Shown: positions 57,533 to 64,000 of the stretch, one piece after another
How the letters are laid out: each line of letters starts with the position of its first letter
Position numbering within the stretch: the first letter of the stretch is position 1
Assembly: GCA_964633745.1 (NCBI GenBank)
Contig: CAZWHZ010000001.1
Span: forward strand, 6,406-70,405
Reading direction: 5' to 3'
Origin: an uncultured Acidimicrobiia bacterium
GTDB taxonomy: Bacteria > Actinomycetota > Acidimicrobiia > Spongiisociales > UBA4744
Length of the DNA stretch: 64,000 nucleotides
Program-made: the position numbers and the translations under genes
Notes under the pieces: model-generated
What the model was told of the DNA's origin: nothing
Databases searched by the model: none
The model's input: the letters and a program-made list of their open reading frames with translations, nothing else

Positions 57533-58777
57533 ATGATCTTTCGCTTTGTGAAGCTCCCTCGCTTCGTCAGACCCCCGATCGCCCCCGTCAGGTCCGACAG
57601 GCGGATCGTCGCTCTGACGGCGGTTATGGCGTACGTCCAGGGCTATGCATTCGCGCAAGCGGCCAACAACGTCCCGTTTGTGCGTCGTTCACTGGGGGAG
57701 ACGGCTGCGCAGATGAGCTTGCTACTTGCCATCACCCGCATGGGGGCGGTTGCCGCCGTGGTACTCACCCTCGTCGGCGACAGGGGAGGGCGGAGAAGGA
57801 TCCTGTTGTTCTCGTTCGCTGCGATGGCTGTGGCGAGCGCCGCCACCGCCACCGCCGACACGGCTCTCTGGTTCACCATCTGGCAATCGATCACGCGGAT
57901 GACGGGATCAGCGGTGTCGGTGCTGGCCCTCGTGATGCTCGCCGAGACACTTCAGCCCGGCCTGCGCGCCTATGGCATCGCCGTGTTCGGCGCAGCAGCG
58001 AGCTTCGGAGCTGGATCCGCGCTCGTTGTCGTTCCCGTCAATGACCTTGGCCCAGATATGTGGAGGGTGCTGTTCGCTGCAACCCTCCTCGGTCTGATCG
58101 CCTTGCCATCCCTGGTCAAGCGGGTCACAGAGAGCCCGCTCTTCGAATCGGGCATCAGCAAGCGCGTACTGTGGGCTCCGCTGAGAGGAGGCGCGGCGAG
58201 GCGGTTCTGGCCGATCGCGGCGATATCGTTTCTTGCTGCCGCGTTCGCTGCAACCGCTTCGTCGTTCTCGATGGAGCGGCTGGTCGACAATTTGGGTCTG
58301 AGCACCACTGTGGCCGTGATCATCCTCGCCGTCGGTGGGACCGTCGGCGGGATCGGGTTCTTTGCCGGCGGACGCCTCGCCGATACGTGGGGCCGTCGTC
58401 CCACGATTGTGATGGCGCTTCTCTCGGCGGGCGTTGGAGGAATCGGCATGTACCGTCTCGAAGCACCGTGGCTGCTGATCCCGGCGGCAGCGTTGTCCGG
58501 GTTCGGGGCGTTCGCGATCGTTCCGTCGCTCGGCGCGCTCCGCAACGAGGTGTTCCCGACGGGCATCCGTGCCACGGCAGCGACGTGGCTCAACTCGACG
58601 GGCGTTCTCGGTGCCGTGTTCGGTCTCGCCATCGGCAAGTACCTGATCGCGAACTTCGGACTGTCGGCAACCGTGACGTTGCTCTCTGTCGGGATGGCCA
58701 TCGCAGCGCTCCTGGTCACCCTCGTCCCGGAGACAAAGGGCATGCATCTCACGGGAGAAGCTCCGCCAATCTTCTGA
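57533..58777 (+). CDS. MFS transporter
   Basis: 12 predicted TM helices; the start was moved downstream of the repeat element. Confidence 0.7.
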   Translation: MIFRFVKLPRFVRPPIAPVRSDRRIVALTAVMAYVQGYAFAQAANNVPFVRRSLGETAAQMSLLLAITRMGAVAAVVLTLVGDRGGRRRILLFSFAAMAVASAATATADTALWFTIWQSITRMTGSAVSVLALVMLAETLQPGLRAYGIAVFGAAASFGAGSALVVVPVNDLGPDMWRVLFAATLLGLIALPSLVKRVTESPLFESGISKRVLWAPLRGGAARRFWPIAAISFLAAAFAATASSFSMERLVDNLGLSTTVAVIILAVGGTVGGIGFFAGGRLADTWGRRPTIVMALLSAGVGGIGMYRLEAPWLLIPAAALSGFGAFAIVPSLGALRNEVFPTGIRATAATWLNSTGVLGAVFGLAIGKYLIANFGLSATVTLLSVGMAIAALLVTLVPETKGMHLTGEAPPIF

Positions 58778-58838
58778 GCCGAGAGCCGTCAACTGCCGGC
58801 TGTCGGCTGTGCCGGGACCTGGGCTAGGCTGCCCCTCC
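58778..58838. repeat. short relative of the element (CGGCTGT CGGCTGT ... GGGCTAGGCTGCCCC)
   Basis: shares the CGGCTGTCGGCTGT heptads with 42742-42757. Confidence 0.35.
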
Positions 58839-59591
58839 ATGGCAGACGTCGGCATCATCACCGCGTTCGTGTTCGGCATCGTGTCGTTCTTGTCGCCGTG
58901 CGTGCTGCCCCTGTTGCCTGGCTATCTGAGCCTCATGTCCGGCTACTCGGTGGGCGACCTTCAGGGCGGTTCGGCGTCGTCGGGCCGCATGTTTCGCGTC
59001 ACATTGACCTTCGTGGTGGGCTTCACGATCGTGTTCGTCCTCCTCGGGGCGGCTGCCACGTCGGTGGGCAGCTTCTTCCTCGTACACCAGCGTGTCGCTC
59101 TCAGGATCGCCGGCTGGATCGTGATCGCGTTCGGACTGCTGATCGTCGTGTCGGCGTTCTCCAACTCGAAGTACCTCTCGTTCATGACGAGGGAGCGTCG
59201 CTTCGAGGTGCGCCCGTCGAGGCTCGGAGCATGGGCTCCGTTGGTGATGGGGTTCGCATTCGGGTTCGCGTGGACACCCTGCATCGGGCCGGTGCTCGCT
59301 GCGATCCTCACTACCGCCGCCGTTCAGGAGACGGTCGTGCAGGGCATGGTGTTGCTGCTCGCCTACGGACTTGGCCTCGGGGTGCCGTTCATCTTGTCTG
59401 GTATCGGGGTCGCGCGCGCGTTCAGGGCGATGAAGTTCATTCGCAAGTACCTCCGCCCGATCAACGTCGTCTCGGGCCTCCTGCTTGCCGGCTTCGGGGT
59501 GCTGATGATCACAGGGAACTTGAACATCATCTCCGGTTGGGTGCAGGAGATCTTCACGAAGCTCGGTCTCGAGTGGCTGGCACAGATCTGA
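58839..59591 (+). CDS. ccdA: cytochrome c-type biogenesis protein CcdA (DsbD-family thiol-disulfide transporter)
   Basis: LSPCVLPLLP CxxC in TM1; six TM helices. Confidence 0.75.
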   Translation: MADVGIITAFVFGIVSFLSPCVLPLLPGYLSLMSGYSVGDLQGGSASSGRMFRVTLTFVVGFTIVFVLLGAAATSVGSFFLVHQRVALRIAGWIVIAFGLLIVVSAFSNSKYLSFMTRERRFEVRPSRLGAWAPLVMGFAFGFAWTPCIGPVLAAILTTAAVQETVVQGMVLLLAYGLGLGVPFILSGIGVARAFRAMKFIRKYLRPINVVSGLLLAGFGVLMITGNLNIISGWVQEIFTKLGLEWLAQI

Positions 59592-60499
59592 CCTACGGGG
59601 ACGCCACAGGTGAGTACCTGGCGCTCCGCAGCGATGCTGCATCGGTCCTGGGCATGCACGAAGCGCTGGTCGTCGCAGGCTCAGATGCCGTCTCGTTCCT
59701 GACGGGCATCCTCACTCAGGACATCGAGGGGACGGGGATCGGTGAAGTCACCCGATCCATGCTGCTCACCACGAGAGGCAAGGTACGGGCGCTGCTGTGG
59801 GTTCTGAGAGGCGACGACGAGGTGCTGCTCATCGCAGACCAGGGCACCGGCGAGAGCGTGGCCGAGGATCTCCGCAGGTTCAAGATCAGGGTCGACGTGC
59901 AGATCGATGACCCGGTGCCGGTGGTCGAGGTGTGGGGACCCAACGCAGCGCGGGGCCTTGGTGACGTGCCCGACCATGGCTGGATCCGCACCGGGGACGC
60001 GGTCGTCGCGAAGGTGCCGCTTCCGGGTGTGACGAGATTCATGGTCATAGGCGACGCGGATGTTCACGATGTGCGTCCCGCCGGGCTGGTCGCAGCAACG
60101 GCCGTGCGGGTCGAAGCGGGGGAGCCGTTGACCGGACGCGATCTCGATGACAAGACGCTGGTCCACGAAACAGGCCTCGACACGGCGACCGTGTCCTATT
60201 CCAAAGGTTGCTATCTCGGCCAGGAAGTCGTCGCCAGGATGGAGTACCGCGGTCACGTCAACCGACTGCTTCAAGGGATCACCGTGGCCACGAACGTGCT
60301 TCCTCCGGAGGGTGCCGCGCTCATCGCCGGCGAGAAGGAGGTCGGGCGTCTCACCTCGGTGAGTGAGTCACTGTCGCTTCGAGCGCCGGTCGGCCTGTCG
60401 CTGCTTCGCGTTGATGCGGGCGAGGACATCGTTGTGAGTTGGGACGGAGGGACGGCACCGGCCAGGTCGCACTCTCTCCCGATGTTTACAAACACCTGA
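59573..60499 (+). CDS. ygfZ: YgfZ/GcvT-family folate-binding protein (Fe-S cluster assembly/repair factor)
   Basis: C-terminal KGCYLGQE motif typical of YgfZ; GTG 59573 overlaps the ccdA end; start uncertain. Confidence 0.55.
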   Translation: MAGTDLTYGDATGEYLALRSDAASVLGMHEALVVAGSDAVSFLTGILTQDIEGTGIGEVTRSMLLTTRGKVRALLWVLRGDDEVLLIADQGTGESVAEDLRRFKIRVDVQIDDPVPVVEVWGPNAARGLGDVPDHGWIRTGDAVVAKVPLPGVTRFMVIGDADVHDVRPAGLVAATAVRVEAGEPLTGRDLDDKTLVHETGLDTATVSYSKGCYLGQEVVARMEYRGHVNRLLQGITVATNVLPPEGAALIAGEKEVGRLTSVSESLSLRAPVGLSLLRVDAGEDIVVSWDGGTAPARSHSLPMFTNT

Positions 60500-60576
60500 C
60501 ACTTTCTCAACGGTTCGGTCGAAGGTGCCGATGATCCTTCTGCATCGGAAGGCAATCGACAATCATGGGAAGTCGT

Positions 60577-61251
60577 ATGAACCGCGGCCGCATTCTGCTG
60601 ATCGAGGACGAGGAACCGATCGCGGACATGCTTCGCGTGTTCTTCGAACGGGAGGGCTACAAGCTCGTTCACGCGCCGACCGGAGAGGCCGGGCTGGAAC
60701 GGCTCGGGGAGCGTCCTGCTCGCGCGGTGCTGCTCGATCTCAACCTCCCTGGCATCGACGGCATTGAGACGTGCCGGCGCATCCGAGCGTTATCCGACGT
60801 GCCGGTGATCATGCTCACCGCCCGCGACACGGAGATCGACAAAGTGGTGGGGCTCGAGATCGGAGCTGATGACTATGTCACGAAGCCGTTCTCGCCACGT
60901 GAGCTGCTGGCGAGGGTGAAGGCGGTGCTACGTCGTTCCGAGGAGGCACCGACGGTTGCGAAGGAACTCATTGTCGGCGGGTTCGAAATCGACTCGGGTC
61001 GTCGCGAGGTTCGGACGCCGTCAGGTGAGGCGGTTCGTCCGACTGCACGCGAATTCGAGCTGCTGTGGTACCTCGCCGAGCATGCGGGGCTGGTGATGTC
61101 CAGAGCACAGATACTCGAAGCCGTCTGGGGATACGAGTACTTCGGTGAGACCAGAACGGTTGATGTGCACGTGCGTCAGCTTCGCAAGAAGCTCGAGGGG
61201 ATCCCGATCGAGACCGTGTGGGGTGTCGGCTACCGCATCGAGAAGTCATGA
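60577..61251 (+). CDS. OmpR-family response regulator
   Basis: REC domain (DLNLPGIDG, K105) plus winged-helix trans_reg_C. Confidence 0.85.
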   Translation: MNRGRILLIEDEEPIADMLRVFFEREGYKLVHAPTGEAGLERLGERPARAVLLDLNLPGIDGIETCRRIRALSDVPVIMLTARDTEIDKVVGLEIGADDYVTKPFSPRELLARVKAVLRRSEEAPTVAKELIVGGFEIDSGRREVRTPSGEAVRPTAREFELLWYLAEHAGLVMSRAQILEAVWGYEYFGETRTVDVHVRQLRKKLEGIPIETVWGVGYRIEKS

Positions 61252-62675
61252 GGCGGCGTTTCTTCTGGAGCATTCTCGGGATCGCGACACTCGCGCTCGT
61301 ACTGGTTGGTGTGTTCGCCGCCGTGCTTGGGCAGGTCGCCCTCAATCGGGAGACACAGCGGGAGATGACACAAGAAGCCGTTGCGATCGAACGCCTCTTG
61401 GAGAGTCAGCTGACCGACGATGCGGGGACACGCATAACGGTTGCGCGTCTCGCTGCGGCACTTCGTGGGGGACAGGTGTCGGACACGTTGAGGAGCCGAG
61501 TCGGGTCGCTCCTCTCGTTGGTCGAAGGGATCGCCGGCGGCCGCCAGGTGGACATCGGGTGGGTCGACCTCGACGGCAACCTTCGAATGCTCGACAACCC
61601 GGCGGTGGCGAATGCGCTCCGTTTCGATGTCGACGCTCTCACGAACGGAAACGACAGTGTCGTACGGCGGCGACTGTCCGGGGAGGCGGGTGTCGTCCTT
61701 GCGGTGGCCCACCCGATTGGATCCAGCCGTCTGGTGATCGTGTTGCGGCAACGACTGCTGGTGATCAGCGGTCAGGGCTATTTCCGGGTGATGCTCATTG
61801 CCTTCCTGATTGCAGTACTGCTGGCGGCAGTGGCGGCCCGGTTGCTGTCTGGACGATTGGCCTCACGCGGAGCGAAGCTCGTCGACGCCGCCAGAAGGAT
61901 CGCGGATGGAGATGGAGCAGCCCGCGCCGATCTCGAAGGGACGGACGAGGTCGGGCAGGTGGCCCGGGCATTCGACGAGATGGCCGATCGTCTCGAAGCG
62001 GCGCAGGCCGGCGAGCGTGAGTTCCTGCTGAGCGTCGGCCACGACCTGCGAACGCCGCTGACAACGATCGGCGGCTACGCGGAGGCGCTCGAAGAGGGAG
62101 GATTGGATGAAGCGTCGCTCGCCCGAATTGGTGGCGTCTTGTCGAACGAGACGAAGCGGCTTCGGCGTTTGATCGAAGATCTGATGATGCTGGCGCGACT
62201 CGACGCGAACGAGTTCACGTTTCGTCCGGAGGAGGTCGATGTGGGAGCGCACCTGCGTGGTGTCGCGGAGGCGTTTCACTCCCGCGCCGAGGCCGACGGT
62301 CTGCGGTTCTTCGTGCAGGTTCAGGAGACGGGGACGATGCAGGTGGATCCGGACCGTATGGCACAGGTCGCCGGAAACCTCATCGAGAACGCGCTCAGAT
62401 ACACGCCGGAGGCAGGGGTGGTCGAGTTCCGGGTCTTCCCGACGGAACGTGGCGTGGCGCTGGAGGTGGCCGATTCGGGTCCCGGTATCGAACCGGAGGA
62501 TCTGCCTCATGTGTTCGAACGCTTCTTCGTCTCGCATCGATACCGGGGCGTACGACCTGAAGGGTCCGGGTTGGGGCTGTCGATCGTCCACCGGCTCGTC
62601 ACGGCGATGGGGGGTAGTGTCGACGTCAGATCGGGCCAGGGAGGGACGACATTCACGGTGGACATCCCGAGGTGA
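61248..62675 (+). CDS. sensor histidine kinase (TM-sensor-HAMP-HisKA-HATPase)
   Basis: H-box SVGHDLRTPLT; N, G1 and G2 boxes; ATGA overlap with the response regulator. Confidence 0.85.
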   Translation: MRRRFFWSILGIATLALVLVGVFAAVLGQVALNRETQREMTQEAVAIERLLESQLTDDAGTRITVARLAAALRGGQVSDTLRSRVGSLLSLVEGIAGGRQVDIGWVDLDGNLRMLDNPAVANALRFDVDALTNGNDSVVRRRLSGEAGVVLAVAHPIGSSRLVIVLRQRLLVISGQGYFRVMLIAFLIAVLLAAVAARLLSGRLASRGAKLVDAARRIADGDGAARADLEGTDEVGQVARAFDEMADRLEAAQAGEREFLLSVGHDLRTPLTTIGGYAEALEEGGLDEASLARIGGVLSNETKRLRRLIEDLMMLARLDANEFTFRPEEVDVGAHLRGVAEAFHSRAEADGLRFFVQVQETGTMQVDPDRMAQVAGNLIENALRYTPEAGVVEFRVFPTERGVALEVADSGPGIEPEDLPHVFERFFVSHRYRGVRPEGSGLGLSIVHRLVTAMGGSVDVRSGQGGTTFTVDIPR

Positions 62676-63814
62676 GACGCCGGTCGATCTTCGCGATCAT
62701 CCTCACGGTGCTTGCGATCGCCGGGTTCGCGTGGTTCAGCATCACGGTGCTGCCACCTGCCGTTCAGGGAAAGCCCGACTTCCCCAACTACTACTTCGGT
62801 GGGGAGCGCCTGCTGTCCGGGGAGTCGATGTATGGATCTCTGGCTCCGCTCGTGGAGGACCAATTCGGGGTTGCGTCGTATCAGACCTATCCGGCGGATC
62901 CACCTGCAACGGTCATCCTCCTGTCGCCGTTGTCGCTGCTGCCCTATGAGACGGCGTGGATCGTGTTTGCTGCGTTGTCGACGGTGATCATGTTCGGGGT
63001 CGGGTATGGCGTCGGTCGGGAGGTCGGCTGGTCGCAGGAGGCGTCGGTCGCAGCGGGGGCCTTGCTGCTCGTGACGTCCGCCGGACGATTCTTGCTGTTC
63101 AGGAACCACATGGAGTCGATCCTCCTGTTGACATTGTTCCTCGGGTGGAGAGAGCTGCGTCGGGGGCACGAGGTTTCTGCCGGCGCCTGGTGGGGCATCG
63201 CTGCGGCGTTGAAGCTGTTTCCAGCGCTTCTCATCGTTGGGCTTGTCGCTGGTCGGAAGAGGCGGGCGGCCGTGGCAGCCTCGTTGACCGCAGTCGGCAT
63301 CACGGTCGCCGCAGTGATGGTGGCCGGATGGAGCAACACGGTCGCGTTCATCACCGACGTGCTGCCGCTGTCCGCCCAGTGGTACGGCGCGCTGGGCAAC
63401 TACTCGTTGCTGTCGTTCGGAACTGCGCTCGCCGGCACGTGGCTCGGATGGTCGCTCCTGGCGATCGGCGGCATCGCGCTGGTGGCCACGTACTCGAACG
63501 GAGCGAGAAGCGCCGACGAGATCTGGGTCGCCGGGATGGCCGCTGCTCTGCTCATTACACCGCTTTCGTGGGTGAACTACCTCGTGCTCGTGCTGCCCGG
63601 TCTGATGGTGGTTGTGGACAAGTTCGATCTTCACGAGGTTCGCGATCGTTGGGTGGCGATCGGCCTGGTCGTGGCCCTCGGGTTCTGGGGGCCGATCGTG
63701 CTCGGCTCGAAGCTGCCGTCGGTGCTGTTGTCGTTCATACCCACCTATGGGTTGATCGCGCTGTTCCTCACGGCGATCCGCCGACCATGGTCGAAGCAGC
63801 TGAGCTACCTGTAG
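62672..63814 (+). CDS. DUF2029/GT87-family membrane glycosyltransferase (mannosyltransferase-like)
   Basis: polytopic membrane protein with ..AALKLFPAL.. motif; GTGA overlap with the kinase. Confidence 0.65.
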   Translation: MRRRSIFAIILTVLAIAGFAWFSITVLPPAVQGKPDFPNYYFGGERLLSGESMYGSLAPLVEDQFGVASYQTYPADPPATVILLSPLSLLPYETAWIVFAALSTVIMFGVGYGVGREVGWSQEASVAAGALLLVTSAGRFLLFRNHMESILLLTLFLGWRELRRGHEVSAGAWWGIAAALKLFPALLIVGLVAGRKRRAAVAASLTAVGITVAAVMVAGWSNTVAFITDVLPLSAQWYGALGNYSLLSFGTALAGTWLGWSLLAIGGIALVATYSNGARSADEIWVAGMAAALLITPLSWVNYLVLVLPGLMVVVDKFDLHEVRDRWVAIGLVVALGFWGPIVLGSKLPSVLLSFIPTYGLIALFLTAIRRPWSKQLSYL

Positions 63815-63900
63815 GCGAGCTTCGCTCGCCGGTTCTCGGTTTTCGGCCCCCCGCGTCGAAGTCCCGCGGGCGAGCGTCCAGGCGTCGACCCGTGGCCGGT
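63812..63900. repeat. hairpin/heptad element after the GT87 gene
   Basis: TAGGCGAGC-TTC-GCTCGCC (perfect 7-bp stem) then CGGTTCT CGGTTTT CGG. Confidence 0.55.
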
Positions 63901-64000
63901 GGAGTGCTTGGAGACGGCCCCGACGAGGTCCTCGTCCGGGTCACGTAGGAGGGCGTTTCGGTTGTTGTTTGCGGAATCGTGGGGCGGTCCGATCAACGGG

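Overview
This window is a high-GC, actinobacterial-type chromosomal core region. All gene calls are by eye from the six-frame translations; nothing was computed or searched. Order along the window: (1) a mixed block of a metallophosphoesterase, an SRPBCC protein, an ArsA/Get3-family ATPase with an Hsp20-like C-terminal domain convergent with a stand-alone Hsp20, a ROK kinase, an LLM oxidoreductase, an aminotransferase, alpha-glucan phosphorylase (glgP) and threonine aldolase. (2) A fatty-acid synthesis cluster fabD-fabH-fabG-acpP-fabF. (3) A MoxR-DUF58-transglutaminase operon on the minus strand. (4) A complete division/cell-wall (dcw) cluster mraZ-rsmH-ftsL-ftsI-murE-mraY-murD-ftsW-murG-murC-murB-ftsQ-ftsZ-pgeF-yggS-sepF-yggT-divIVA, which notably lacks murF. 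(5) ileS, a DksA/TraR-like gene, lspA, rluD, two translationally coupled phosphofructokinase paralogs and dnaE. (6) An accessory-looking block with two more tandem ArsA-like ATPases, a small conserved ORF, a fused tandem-domain ThyX, EamA, xpt, nth, an MFS transporter, ccdA and a YgfZ-like protein. (7) An OmpR-type two-component system coupled to a DUF2029/GT87 membrane glycosyltransferase. The most distinctive non-coding signal is a dispersed family of at least 8 intergenic elements. Each starts on a TAG stop codon ('TAGGC'), has a short GC hairpin with compensatory arm changes between copies, and is followed by 7-nt-periodic CGGTTNT repeats. They often occur as face-to-face pairs between convergent genes. 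No CRISPR array, rRNA gene, tRNA gene or recognisable mobile element was found.
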